Below are positions 1 to 14,605 of a stretch of DNA of 64,000 bases, one piece after another (within the stretch, counting starts at the first letter, position 1; the number at the start of each line of letters is the position of its first letter). Below the pieces are notes generated by a model, which was not told the DNA's origin, searched no databases, and saw only the letters and a list, made by a program, of their open reading frames with translations. Both the position numbers and the translations under genes were made by a program. This stretch comes from Eledone cirrhosa (Eukaryota): contig OZ024740.1 in assembly GCA_964016885.1 (NCBI GenBank), positions 46,996,001 to 47,060,000 of the forward strand, written 5' to 3'.

Positions 1-56
1 TGACAAATTGTTCACAGTTGAAAAATGGTTTAATTAGGAATAAAAGAGTATTTTTA

Positions 57-90
<34 letters not shown>

Positions 91-147
91 AAAAGTAAAC
101 GGCAAAAAGCAAAGCGACAATACAGTACAGTGAAGATATATATATAA

Positions 148-188
148 GTTTAACGAACATTTCGGATGCTGGTCTTTCATCAGAAGAT
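148..188 (-). ncRNA. Degenerate hammerhead ribozyme motif
   Basis: Minus strand reads TCTT-CTGATGA-AAGACCAGCATCC-GAAATG-TT-CGTT-AAAC. Core intact, stems decayed by transitions. Confidence 0.4.
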
Positions 189-338
189 AGAATGAGAAAT
201 AAAACAAGAAATAAAAAGTTAGCAGGGACTGAGAAGAGGAAGAAACGAAAAACATTTTTTTGTAGAAAAAGCACGTGTGCATTCAATCAGCCAATGTTAG
301 GAAATGTTTTGGGGAAACATATATATATATATATATAT

Positions 339-910
339 AATTGAGATAAGCAGAGCAAGTAAGATTCAAACAATATTTTAAAATAAATTAAAAAATATAA
401 TTTAAATATTTACCTATTCCATTTGCTTTTACCGACGGTTTCACCTTACAAAATATTGGAGATCCTAGGGACCTCCAATGGAAATGTTCGGATCATCAGA
501 GAGCATTTTATCTACCTAGGACAACAGTCCCAGGAACGGCAAAATATATTGCCACCTGCCAGCTAGCACAGGATCGAATGAGGCCGTAAACTTGACCTGT
601 GCATGAACCAGCCCTTAGTAGTAGCAGGAAGTAAACATAGACGCATTGTCTATCACGCCACTAAAAATACCAGCTAAATAAAACAACGGATTTGTTCTCT
701 ACATAACGGAGAATATATATAAAAGTAAATGGAATAGGTAAATATTTAAATTATATTTTTTAATTTATTTTAAAAATTTGTTTGAATGTTACTTGCTCTG
801 CTTATCTCAATTTTATAGTTCTAGTATGTCAAATGAATACCATGGAACAAGCATTGTATCATAGACACCCTATATATGTCCAGGGATACTTAGTACCTCT
901 GGAGATATTG
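339..910. mobile_element. PLE terminal-repeat remnant with inverted arms (339-430 / 720-812)
   Basis: About 90-bp near-perfect inverted repeat starting at a (TA)n tract and enclosing an HHR. Confidence 0.7.
424..505 (-). ncRNA. Type-I hammerhead ribozyme, long stem II
   Basis: TGCTCT-CTGATGA-(stem II containing ATTGGAGGTCC/GGATCTCCAAT)-GAAAC-CGTCG-GTA|AAAGCA. Confidence 0.8.
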
Positions 911-911
911 A

Positions 912-1215
912 TCTCTTTTTTATATATATATAAAAGCAAGTCGGTCTGTGTGTGTGTGTGTCGGTTTGTGTACAAATACTAGGCTCCTTTCAACTTTTGA
1001 AGTACTAGGCCGATTTCAACCAAATTTGGCACACATGTTGCTTATATGCCAGAGCAAGTTTTGGACAAAAATAATATTGGGGCCGAAAAATCGATTTTGT
1101 GTGTGTATCTGTCTGTGTACAAATACTAGGCTCCTTTTAACTTTTGAAGTACTAGGGCGTTACGGACAAACAGGCTGTCATTCATTTCCCGAGCAACGTC
1201 GGGTACATCTGCTAA
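912..1215 (+). mobile_element. Non-autonomous Helitron
   Basis: 5' TC...TATATATAAAAG, internal CCGATTTCAACCAAATTTGGCACA, 3' hairpin CCCGAGCAACGTCGGG followed by CTAAT (CTAGT-like). Confidence 0.7.
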
Positions 1216-1312
1216 TATATATATATAGTTGTAGGGTTGCAAGGTAAATGCGTTCGTAGGCGGTATGCCGGTTGAGCACTCGATGCTCGCGCAGAGACGA
1301 TCTCACACACAA

Positions 1313-1408
1313 AACATATCTGAAGAACTTTCTATTGCAGAGTCAGGTTCGATCTGTAATAGATCTTGCCTCGAGCTGATCGGTAGAGAAACACATATGT
1401 AATATGTT
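1313..1408 (+). ncRNA. Type-I hammerhead ribozyme, ~60-nt stem II
   Basis: AACATAT-CTGAAGA-...-GAAAC-ACATAT-GTA|ATATGTT, perfect 7-bp stem I. Lies in a (TA)n-flanked remnant at ~1228-1450. Confidence 0.8.
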
Positions 1409-1610
1409 AATAAATGTGATATGATGCAACACTGAATCCTCGTTCTTTATGATATATATATATATATTAAAACGTTTAGGACTCCGACGGCAGAGCTCAA
1501 GCCGTTGCGACGGCTATTCCTGGACTTTTTCCTATTACCCACTCTACTGCTCAAAGTATCGAGTACTCTGGTGCGTTATGGTCCACCTGGTTCCTTACCA
1601 CACTTCCTCC

Positions 1611-1648
<38 letters not shown>

Positions 1649-1696
1649 GTAATAATAAGAAATTAGAAGACTAAAATCCAAAGAGGGCTCGATATG

Positions 1697-2090
1697 CCTC
1701 TCCAGTAACATTGTCTACAAATGTAAGGTTGAAACACCCACGTCCCGTAGGGCCTACAAATGGTTAACCGCCAATAGATTCAAGCAGCGTCTTTACATGC
1801 ATACCCATTCTTTTCGTTAACCTCTAAGAAGGAATATGACGTCACTTTCAGCTTATATCTGGAGTCTAAAAGACAACCACACCCAATATAAGTTACACTG
1901 GGAGATCCTAGCTAGGGCTAGATCGTGTAACGGAAATAAAAGACCATGTGACCTCTGCGCCGCTGAGGCCATGGAAATACTCTACGCCACAGACCACATC
2001 TTAAACAAAAAAAACTGAGGCAATTTCAGCTTGTAAACATAAATTGCACAACACTTTCCTGTATTACAGCCCCACATTATACCCTAACGG
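1697..2090 (+). pseudogene. PLE GIY-YIG endonuclease C-terminal fragment
   Basis: ORF 1836-2018 plus flanking frames, homologous to the 19860-20300 and 53580-54032 peptides. Contains stops and a frameshift. Confidence 0.8.
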
Positions 2091-3010
2091 ATACTACGAT
2101 CTATACGCGGATATTTTACGTCTTGATGTGGTAGCTAAGTATATGCTATGTTTATACCATTACTTATTTGTATAGGTAAGTATATATTACCTGTATGTTT
2201 TGTGAAGGTACGTATACTTTCTCGTACGTATATTTGATTGTATATGTTATGGCGTATATTTTATATATTCTGGTACATATGCTTTTGGTTATGTGTATAC
2301 GTGAGTTTTGCGTCTATGTGAGTATGCGGGTTCGTACGTATGTAGGGTGTGTGTATATGTGTACTTCGTGTTTTGGTTGACGATCGTCTCCTAACATATG
2401 TGTATTTACATGTAGGTATGTGTGTGCGCTTGTTATATACGTATTTATTTATATACGTTTATTTAATTATTTGTATACATGCACACACACACGCATATTT
2501 ATATGTGCGTGTATTTGTATGCCTATGGCGAGTGTTTTCGCGTATGCTTGTGTATGTACGTATATAGATGCGTGTATGTATTTATTTAATTTCATTTGCC
2601 TCTGTATTTTATTTACTTTATTCTTAACTCTGAAGCGGAGATTCATTCGGTTTCCTAGTTAGAATTTTAGTCTACGACTTCAGTTATACCATTTACGTGG
2701 TTTTGTCTTTGCGTGCAATTGTTCTCCCCGCTCCACATATGACGTATTATCTTCGTTTTTTCCGTTCATTGCCAGAGAACGTCTCTATGAATCACCTAAT
2801 AGAATATTAGTCTACGACTTCTTTTATACCATAAATGTGGTTTTGCGTGTAATTGTTTTTCACCGCTCAAAATAATGACGTATTATATTCGTTTTTTCCC
2901 CGTTCTTTTCCAGGGAACGTTTCCACGAACCAAAGTATCGTCTTCCTGTCTTCCTCCGGTTGCAACGTTTTTTGAAATATTCACTTCTGCGTTCACAGAT
3001 TGACTTTGTT

Positions 3011-3061
3011 AGTTTCAGAAGATCCCGTTAAGGGTGAAAGCAGCGTTTCTTTGCTTAAACT
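3011..3061 (+). ncRNA. Hammerhead motif, U4A core variant
   Basis: AGTTT-CAGAAGA-TCCCGTTAAGGGT-GAAAGCA...TGCTT|AAACT. Confidence 0.7.
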
Positions 3062-3077
3062 TTAATCTGTTATTTTA

Positions 3078-3120
<43 letters not shown>

Positions 3121-3124
<4 letters not shown>

Positions 3125-3307
3125 AACAAATAAAACCCCGACGGCTGAGCTCAAGCCGTTTCGACGGCTAATTCCAGAATTAGCCGTCGAAACGGCTTGA
3201 GCTCAGCCGTCGGGGTCTTACTTGTTCCTACTACCCACTCTACTACCCTAAGTATTGAGTACTTTGGTGCGTTATGGTCCACCTGGTTCCTTACCACATT
3301 TCCTTCG

Positions 3308-3309
<2 letters not shown>
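3121..3309. repeat. Fold-back palindrome (3121-3230) of an HHR 3' half plus tail, in (TA)n
   Basis: Arms contain GAAACGGCT-TGAGCTC-AGCCGTC|GGGG. Same family at 1478-1610, 10089-10155, 27802-28012, 37173-37368 and 53255-53275. Confidence 0.8.
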
Positions 3310-3364
<55 letters not shown>

Positions 3365-3389
3365 TATAGTTTGCATGAAGCTTTGTGGA

Positions 3390-3765
3390 ATATGAAATAC
3401 AAATATAACTACGAAATAAATTTGGTTATTTGGAAGCCCGAAAATGCGTGGGAGATATAAATGCCAAGATGATAAGAATTTGAGAAAATAGTAAAAACTG
3501 AGATAAACGACTGAGAACGATAGAAAGCCACCCATGACATTTCTCAGGTTTCTCGCCGAGGCCCCACCAAGGACTCACCTTGATAATGGAGGTAAATCCG
3601 AAAATATTTGGGATCATTAAAATTGCTAAATAACTTTCTATCATTCTCAGTCATTTCTTTTGTTCTGTTTTCACAAATTCTTATTATCTTGGCATTTATA
3701 TCTCACATTGTCGGGCTTCCAAACAAATAACCAAACTTATTTCGTAGTTATATTTATATTTCATG
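3390..3765. mobile_element. PLE pLTR remnant with diverged inverted arms (3390-3527 / 3634-3765)
   Basis: About 135-bp inverted repeat enclosing an HHR variant. Confidence 0.65.
3575..3613 (+). ncRNA. Minimal hammerhead, U3-A8 core variant
   Basis: CC-TTGATAA-TGGAGGTAAATCC-GAAA-ATAT-TT|GG. Palindromic stem III AATATT, short stem I. Confidence 0.55.
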
Positions 3766-3855
3766 TATATATAATTAGAAATTTATTCATTCATGTGTGT
3801 ATGTATGCATGTATGTACATATTTAATGCATTTATTTGTATCAAATTTTTAATGT

Positions 3856-3944
<89 letters not shown>

Positions 3945-3948
<4 letters not shown>

Positions 3949-4165
3949 TGGATTAACTGTATTAGTAGGGCGTCTGACAACATGTTTTGCAAGCATTTAG
4001 TTACGGCTTTTTACATTCTGAGATTAAATCCCGCCGCAGCTAGTTTTGCTTTTCATCCATACGGGCCTGGTAAAATAAAGTACCAGTAACGCCCTGGGGT
4101 CAATCTAATTGATTTTCCCATTCTCTTCAAATTGCTGTCATTGTGCCAAATGTAGAACTAATTGT
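3945..4165 (+). mobile_element. tRNA-derived SINE (family 1, Nin/Deu-like central domain), diverged
   Basis: A-box and B-box-like head, then TTTCATCC..GG..TAAAATAAAGTACCAG. Confidence 0.7.
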
Positions 4166-4235
4166 AATAAAACAGCTAGGCCCTAAGGTCAGGTTTCAAT
4201 CGTTTTGATGGTGCACATATATATATAAATATATA

Positions 4236-4239
<4 letters not shown>

Positions 4240-4321
<82 letters not shown>
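4240..4321. repeat. (GA)n microsatellite
   Basis: Direct reading. Confidence 0.95.
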
Positions 4322-4327
<6 letters not shown>

Positions 4328-5471
4328 AAGCAAGACAGGGCAAGAAAGGAATGACTGAGCAAGACTTGAGAAGTCTATCTGACTGACGACCGAATGAACT
4401 AGATAATAAAAATGTTAAATAAATAGACTGGCGGCGGAGGCGTAAACTGAAAGAGCGCGAGACAGAAAAAATAATGCATATAATTCTAATATATTTAGAT
4501 ATTGAAAGAGAAAGGGATTCAGGTGACGTCTGTTCATATTTAATAAATATCCTTTATGTGAGGGTAATATATATATTTACTTTGAACTGTTGCTTAGAAA
4601 TCAAACGGAAACGGGATGCTTTTCACGAATACCTACGTTATAACAAAGGTTTGCTTATCAGAGCATGCGATTCACATGAAAGTGAAGAAAGACATGATAA
4701 TAAATCAAAAATTGCTTTCTCGAATAGATTCTAATATCTTTCATATACTTAAACGAAAATTTAAATGTCAGGCTCTAGTTAGCTGCGTTTTATTTTTGTG
4801 ATGAGGATTCAACAAAGTCTCTCCCACTAAACTACAAAACAAAAAACAGATAGATATAAAAAAAAATCCATCAGGCGAAATGCTTGACATTCTAAATAAT
4901 ATATGTATCTGTGCATGGGGTTCTTTCTTTTGAATTTCTGACCGAAATTTAATACTAAGCAATACACTTCAAACAATGTTTTATTGCAAATAGATAAAAA
5001 AAACAATCTTCTATAACCTTACTGTTATCTCATCTCATTGGTGTATGATGGAAGCTCAGAAAATTGCTTCGTTTCTATATATCTAGATACTACATCATGC
5101 TTTGTTTAACGTGTATTTACTCCCTCATTTTGTAAGCATTAGACTTTTTAAATTTTGAACCAAACAATAAAGCAACGGAATGACTGAAAACAATATTTTA
5201 GTAATTCCTCATTCCGAAAGCTTTTCTTCTTTGAACGACAAAGATATACATGATCATTTTTTCTTTTTTTTTTAGATTTACTTACAATGTAATAATAAGG
5301 CTTTATAGTTTTGTCACAGATTCACAACAGCAGCTATATTCTTATTCCACTAATCTAATAAAGTATTTATGATTGATTACATTATTGTATTGGAATAAAC
5401 TTCTAGAAATTATAAAAGAGAATAGACTTTCAGTACATAATTCATTCCTCCACATACATATATATATACAT

Positions 5472-5527
<56 letters not shown>

Positions 5528-5535
<8 letters not shown>

Positions 5536-6665
5536 TAAAATAACAGATTAAAGTTTAAGCAAAGAATCGCTGCTTTCACCCTTAACGGGATCTTCTGAAA
5601 CTAACAAAGTCAATCTGTAAACACAGAAGTGGATATTTTAAAAAACGTTGCAACCGGAGGAAGACAGGAAGACGATACTTTGGTTCGTGGAAACGTTCGC
5701 TGGCAAAGAACGGGAAATAACGAATATAATACGTCATTAATAGGAGCGGTGAAAAACAATTACGCGCAAAGACAGAACCACGTTTAAGGTATAAAAGAAG
5801 TCGTAGACTAATGTTCTCTTAGGTGGTTCATAGAGACGTTCTCTGGCAATGAACGGAAAAAACGAAGATAATACGTCATATGTGGATCGAGGAGAACAAT
5901 TGCAAGCAAAGACAAAACCACGTAAATGGTATAGCTGAAGTCGTAGACTAAATTCTAACTAGGAAACCGAATGAATCTCCGCTTCAGAGTTAAGAATAAA
6001 GTAAGTAAATACAATACAGAGGTAATAGAAATTAAATAAATGCATACACAATGCAAATACGTACATACACAAGCATACGCAAAACACTTGCCGTAGGTAT
6101 ACAAAACCACGCACATATAAATATGTGCGTGTGTGTGCGTGTATAAAATTAAATAAATAATTAAATAAACGTATATAAATAAATAAATACGTATATAACA
6201 AGCGCACACACATACCTACATGTAAATACACAAATTTTCGGAGACGTAAGTCAACCAAAACATGAAGTACACATAAACACACACCCTACATACGTACGAA
6301 CCTGCATACTCACGCAGACGCAAATCTCCCGTGTACACATAACCAAACCATATGTACCAGAATATATAGAAAATGTATACACCATAACATAATCAATCAA
6401 ATATACGTATGAGAAAGTATACCTACCTTCACAAAACATACAGGTAATATATACTTACCTATGCAAATAAGTAAAGGTATAAACAAAACATATACTTAGC
6501 TACCACATCAAGACGTAAAATATCCGCGTATAGATCGTACTATCCGTTAGGGTATAACGTGGGGCTGTAATACAGGAAAGTTTTGTGCAATTTATGTTTA
6601 CAAGCCGTTTACAATTTATGTTTATCGAGTCCTCTTTGGATTTTAGTCTTCAAATTTATTATTAT

Positions 6666-6670
<5 letters not shown>
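5528..6670 (-). mobile_element. Second copy of the 1648-3083 PLE family, inverted
   Basis: Reverse complement of ~2035-3083, with the same inverted pLTR tip at 6623-6670. Flanked by (TA)n. Confidence 0.85.
5552..5602 (-). ncRNA. Hammerhead motif, U4A core variant
   Basis: Same motif as 3011-3061. Confidence 0.7.
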
Positions 6671-6739
<69 letters not shown>

Positions 6740-8769
6740 ATATATATATATAGATATATTGAATAGGATATCAGCGAATGATTCATACATGTACTTTGAT
6801 TATAAAAGAGCATAGACTTTCAGTACATAATTGGATAGGATATTAGCGAGTGATACATACATGTACTTTGAAAATATTAGTATAATAAAGAATGAATGAA
6901 AGCAATAAAGAGATTATTAAATAAATACCAATTAGTAATTCTAAGATAACCCCGCTCTCTCTAAAATACAATGTCTGTGTGTCTATCCTGTCTGCTTTGC
7001 TTCTCCATGCAAATTTTAGGACAAGAGTAATGCTACTATGGCATGGCTTCGGTCGCTTCAAGCCAGCTGGAAGCGAGTAGTCTCTCTCTCTCTCCCCCCC
7101 CATATATATATATATATATATATATATATCGTACTGATTGGGACCAATATAAAAGTCGATTAAATCTTTTACAACCCTTTATTACAAATTTCATTTCTGC
7201 CCTTACACGAAACTACTTATATCGTAGGGGAAGTGATTGCCACAATCAGTAGAACGACGGGTAAAATACCTTGTGGTACTTAGTTATAGTATTCATCTAT
7301 TGAGTTCAGACATCATATGGGTCAATGGGTCGACCTAACGGCTTTCATTGCAGGGTCAATAAATTAACGAATTGCCAAGAAATTTGGTGGCGTTAATAGA
7401 CTGTAATCTCCAGAATTTACAGCTTTGTACTGACGTTAGAATCATTAGACATAAAAGGAAATTTCCTAATATTTAAAGAGCTAAATAGAAAATATTCTAG
7501 AAATAATTTACATTATATTTGGTCAAGAACAGTAATTAAACAGGTTTTGAAGGTAAAAATATTTATTTACAAAAACAGAACTATGCAAATAAAGCTCACT
7601 AAATAAATAACATTACTTTTATGAAACAAAACAAGGGTGTATATGAAAATATTTAATTTTGAGTGGACAAAAGGGGATTTTTAGAATATACTTTGTTTAT
7701 TTTTCATGGTTAGAGGTATAGTTTCAAGGTTTTAATCAGAATAAAAGTTTTAATCGAAATATAATCGAGCAGATTATATTTCGAAATATTTTTCTTCATA
7801 CTCAGCAGGTTTTGTAAAAATTCCCAAGTTAGCTATTAGTGAATGTATAGGGCGTTACACCTGCATTTCTGATAACGACCTTCAGATGTCAAACGCAAAC
7901 AGGTGTTCTACGGTTGTTGTAAATGTATCTTTGCAATTGCTTCAGGTTATGTAATAGAACTGTACACGTGTTAACTAATTTATTATAATCATTTTATCGT
8001 GCTAAAGGATGCATTATTACTACAACCTTCTTCCTGTCGAATGTTATTACTATCGTTGCTGCTATGTGGTGGTAAAGATTGATGTGGGGAGAAGATAGCG
8101 AGTAACGAAAGACATGATATGTTGCATGTGGATATTTCAATTTCCTTTTATTCTGCATTCTCTCGGCGCTGAATTAAAACAAAATTCGAGGCTTGACTAA
8201 ATATAGAGCTCTTCTCATGTTCTGATGTAAATCACACCAAGGTTACCTTGACCCTCAGCTTAATAAATTTAGTTGATAAAACAAAGATTTTCAAATCTAT
8301 AAGTATCGATACTTCAAACATTGACACAATGCCACAAAAGACCAAGTTCACCCCGCTAGTATTTGGACTTAACATAAAATGATAAAACAAAATATCACGA
8401 GGCATTTTGTCCAATGTTTTACAGATTCTGCCAAGCAACCACTATTAGAATCAATAATATATTACAGTTGATATGATTCACTACAATTTCGCATTGTGTC
8501 TAAATAGTTAATATTACTAACATGTACTGATTAGGGAGCAGCTTGGTGCCATCGGTTCTCAAGTGAAGTCAGTTAATATATGTACGACGTTAATGCCTTT
8601 ACGAAAAATATTAAGATTACAACTTGAATCAAAACACTAATGTTTTGATGAATTACAAAGCTAATTGCTGGAGGGTAAAATGAAAGTATATAACTAACAC
8701 GTTACCAATTACTGATTAAAATTAGAAACACTATGAAAAATGATCCTGAAAAAAGACAGACACAACGAA

Positions 8770-9008
<239 letters not shown>

Positions 9009-9124
9009 CGCTATGGCAGTCATTGTTAGGTATCCTGCTGCTTTAATTTGAACATAAAAACATAGCATTCATTTTGGAAGGTATTTGTCTTCTTACATTG
9101 AAAATGTTATGCTACCACGTAGAT

Positions 9125-10584
<1,460 letters not shown>

Positions 10585-11270
10585 ACATAGATGCTTCCAA
10601 ACTGACTCGTTTTGTTGAAGAAGATGATGATGATGATGTTGGTTACTAACGGAAATGGGCTATGTTGGTTACTAACGGAAATGGGCTGCGTAACCAGTTT
10701 GAAAATGTGGATTGAATGAAACGTGTCTCGTAATATACACCTGTTAAATAGAATTTAATTAACACAGCAATTTAATGTTTTTATTCATAAAGTGTTCAAA
10801 CAATATATTATGCACTCTGTTTTGTATTCCAACAAAACTTGTCAACAACAGACTATAAACTAACTTTTATATTATAAATCAAGCAATGTGATACGCCATT
10901 TATTTAGAAATACGTATACATATACAGATGAAAAAATGCTACCTTTCGTAATAAGTATTAGTATTCTACATCACCGTCACAACTACATACTGCGTGGGAA
11001 AATATCGAGAATATACAAACTAAATTATGGGATAAATTGAATAGACTACCTTTCATTCTCAGGTGTATATTAACATAATACATCGAAACAGTTGAGGAAA
11101 ATTTCATTAAAAGCAATTCAACTAATTTAGAAAACGAATCATAAAAACATAACAAAAAGTAAATTCGGATAACTGGGATATAAACACGTAGTTAATTTTT
11201 AAATTTACTTAGTGAGAGTATCATGCCAACATCATGAGCGAGTACAATATGTACTTCGGTTCATCTAACT

Positions 11271-11607
11271 CAAGGGTTCCCAACTATTTTTGCGTCATCG
11301 ATCACTTTCACACGGAAAAGTTTTCCACCACTCACCTGTATAGTAAATATTTAAAAGCCTACCAAGAATGTTTGGTAAAATTTTGTTACTGGTTCGTTAT
11401 TTCCATTTAGCCTCCTGCTTTTTTTAATACATATCTTTACATATCTCCTTTGAATATTTGTGTAGCATTTGTTGAAATACCTTCTTAATATTCAAACTCC
11501 TGTATTGTCCACCAATCTCCCACCACTTTTTGTTCAGTTGCTTATCGCCTACCCAACATTTGAAATCACTAACTGGTGAGTGAAACCACCTAGGATGGGA
11601 AACCCTG
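11271..11607. mobile_element. Diverged hAT MITE
   Basis: TIRs CAAGGGTTCCCA/TGGGAAACCCTG, degenerate 8-bp TSD ATCTAACT/GTTTAACT. Confidence 0.6.
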
Positions 11608-11929
11608 GTTTAACTGTGACAATGCGGTAACTTCTCCCAACGGTTCCAACATGCTCAGATAGTTATCGTTTACAAACGGAAAGGTGGAAATTACTGAAGG
11701 ATTTTCATTGACTCAATCGCAAAGAAACCTGAAGCAAAATACTGTTCACGAGACTACAAAAAATATTCGAGTGAATTTTCCTCTAACAGCCACGTGATTA
11801 GAAGCATCAATCACATGACGGTTGCTTCTGATATAACCCGCTGGAAGGAATGTTTGAGGAATCTTCTCCCTCGTCCATCTCAGTAATAAGTGGACGAAAA
11901 ACAACAGCAAGGAGGAGGAGGTGGAGGAA

Positions 11930-11997
11930 AAGAAGAAGAAGAAGAAGAAGAAGAAGAAGAAGAAGAAGAAGAAGAAGAAGAAGAAGAAGAAGAAGAA
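11930..11997. repeat. (GAA)n trinucleotide repeat
   Basis: Direct reading. It generates the poly-Arg ORF. Confidence 0.95.
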
Positions 11998-12529
11998 TAT
12001 CGTCTGGGCGACCTATTATTTACTTTTTCATCGAACAATTATTTCTTGTTAACCCTTTAATTTTTCATGCATTGGATATGTTGAAATGAAGTTACCATAA
12101 TGTTTCCATGCGGATAGTAGGTTGTCTGAGTTATTAATATCTAAAGATAAGGCAGTTATTTTGTGTTAGCAGTATTTTGTGTTAGCAGTTTGTGATAGCT
12201 GTTTTTTTTACAGGAAATAACTATCAACCTTGTCTAGTTTCGGGGCATTCTAAAAGCATATGCAAATAAAATCTATAAAAGCGACAGGTGAGATCAAAAT
12301 ATTTCTCAGATAGCTAGAGAAACCACAAAACCACATTTTATCAAACTGTCTGAAAGCTGTACTTCAACTTATTAAGAAGGTCAGACTGAATATAAATATT
12401 TAGATCTAAGCATCTAAATACCTTCTCTGTTGAATAATTTTATCTTCAATGTAAAATCGTTGTATTCATTCCTAATCCTTGCAACTATAATTCTAATTTG
12501 TATAAATGCTTAACGAAAGAATTTCATAT

Positions 12530-13660
12530 ACCTTCTACCTAAAGCCAAAGAAGCCTACAAAACTGGCATGTTTAGGCCGACCTACAGGATAAAGTGGGAA
12601 GCGTTGATGGATAAGGAAATGAGGACTAGCTGTGCAGATACTATTGCATCCAAATTCAGAAAACAGAGTGGAGATTGTTCAGTTCAGCAGTTTCTACTTC
12701 AGCTGTTAAATGCTGCGGGCGAAAGAGGCTTGGTGTGGCGCCGGATGGCAGGAGGGCCCCTTGATTCATTCAAGAGGTTAAAGATGCCATCCGAGCAAAG
12801 AAGGCCTGCAAAGTTTGGCTTGGAAATAAGTTCTTCTTGCACGTGCAGTACAAGCAGGCACGGCAAGTCGATGCAGGGACAGTAAAGGCGTCCAAAGTTA
12901 AGATATGGGAGGACTTTAGGGTTAAGTTGGAATCCGACTTCAGATCAGCAAATGAAGTGTTCTGGCAGACCATCCGCCGACTCCGTAATAAGTAAGCCTC
13001 CACACATGCTATTAGGAACTCGTTTGGAGTTCCCTTCTCTTCAGAGAGGTACATCCTCGCGAGGCGGAGCGAATATTTTGCTGATCCCTTAAACACGATC
13101 ACAACAGCATTTCTGATGTCAGAGGCTGAGGCCACAAGAGCAATTTAAACACTAAAATGTGGAAAGGTCGTTGGGAGGACGAAATTTGGTCGATGTTAAA
13201 AACCTTAAATAGAGAAGGTATTCTCTGGCTCACTCGTATGTGGTGGGTGGTCTGAATCTCTGGAAAGATACCTAATCAATGGCAATCAGGAGTGATAATC
13301 TCAATTTTAAAAAATGGAGTCAAGAAAGATTGCTCCAATTATAGAGGGATCTTCGTGTTCTGCTTCACCGGTAAAATTCTATGCTAAGTGTCTGGCAAAG
13401 TGATGTAGGGAGATTGTTGAGTCCAACCTAGCTGATGAACTGCCCCGGGCGCAGAACAGCCGACCAAATATTCATATTGCATTTGATAGGTTTGGTGCTG
13501 TGCGCTGCATGGCTGAAATGAAAATCAGTGCTGCTAAGACTGAGACACTCGTCCTCCCAAGGAAGCCTGCGCAGTGCACTCTACATGTGAATGGAGTTTC
13601 ACTGAAATAGGTGAAGTTCAAGTATCTCGGGTATGTGTTCATGTGTGATGGAAGGCAGGA
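12530..13660 (+). mobile_element. Degenerate RTE-clade LINE fragment
   Basis: Frame-shifted peptides LESDFRSANEVFWQTIRRLR, WQSGVIISI.K..KKDCSNYRGI and MKISAAKTETLV..FKYLG. Confidence 0.75.
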
Positions 13661-14224
13661 GTCTGTTTTATGTTTCTTAATTTTATCAATATTTGAGGTG
13701 TATTAAATATTTTATGGAAAATTTGTTTATCTGAACTGAAACAGCAACAAAAACTTAATTTATTAATGAATAATCAAATTTTAGCGTCATATATATATTT
13801 TCCTTTTTACTGGACAAAAACCAATTATCTTTCAGATGGAAAAGTGAAGCTATGACTATGAAAACATTTGCAAACTACATGAATTAGACTGAAATCAAAC
13901 GATAATCAAAACACAAAGTCTTGATGAGTACTTAAATAGTGCTGCATAGTTCTCACCATAATTACCTGCAAACAACTGAGATGTACTGTTATATGGAATT
14001 TTGAATATATATAGGAGTGCAAGTTCAGTATTAGTGTTTTGTGTTGAACCTCCGTCGAATGCAACGGCGAGTGTTTCAATTGTTCAAACAGCGGAACAGC
14101 CTGATTCTGAAATAAACGTGAAAGTGAGTGGGCATGCCACAGACACGTGCACCCTTAACGTATTTCTCAGGAAAATTCGGCGTGACAATTCTAACCTCTT
14201 GAATTACAAGTCTAATTAATTTTT

Positions 14225-14310
14225 TCTCCAGCAACGTGAAATAAAGTGTGTTGCTCAAGGATACAATGTGCTTCCAGGATTCGAGCTCCCAACCTTACGA
14301 TCCTGTTAAC
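14225..14310 (-). mobile_element. tRNA-derived SINE family 2 fragment
   Basis: AGCAACGTGAAATAAAGTGT.TTGCTCAAGG is shared with 50480-50722. Confidence 0.6.
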
Positions 14311-14605
14311 CTTACAAACCAATTATTGCTTTAAAGTCACACACTATTAAGTGAGTATATTTAGGAATATGTTAGGCTGTAGCGGCAGTAGAGTCTGGCT
14401 AAGAAAGTAGAGAGACAAACTGGTTCTGTTGCAAGAAAAAAAGTCAAACCAATGTTAGACTCATTAGAAGAGAAAACCATACTTTACAGTAGTTTACCGA
14501 ATATTCTTTTGGTAATCAGCTCATGAAACTGAATTGGTTCTATTAATACTCTTAGCTACTCACTATGGTGTCTGACTGTTTATCTTATCTCGTAATAATA
14601 ATAAT

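Larger units (their letters stand above)
1648..3083 (+). mobile_element. 5'-truncated Penelope-like element (GIY-YIG, 3' UTR, pLTR with HHR)
   Basis: Degenerate GIY-YIG at ~1697-2090 (LSAYIWSLK..LHWEIL..CDLC..LNK..CKH). An inverted pLTR tip lies at 1648-1695 and both ends are in (TA)n. Confidence 0.85.

Noticed and set aside
10637-10687. 25-bp tandem duplication
   Set aside because: Ordinary slippage duplication, not CRISPR-like (two units, no spacers).
13432-13460. CTGATGA followed by a GC-rich stretch
   Set aside because: It lies in LINE RT coding sequence, with no GAAA..UH and no stem I.
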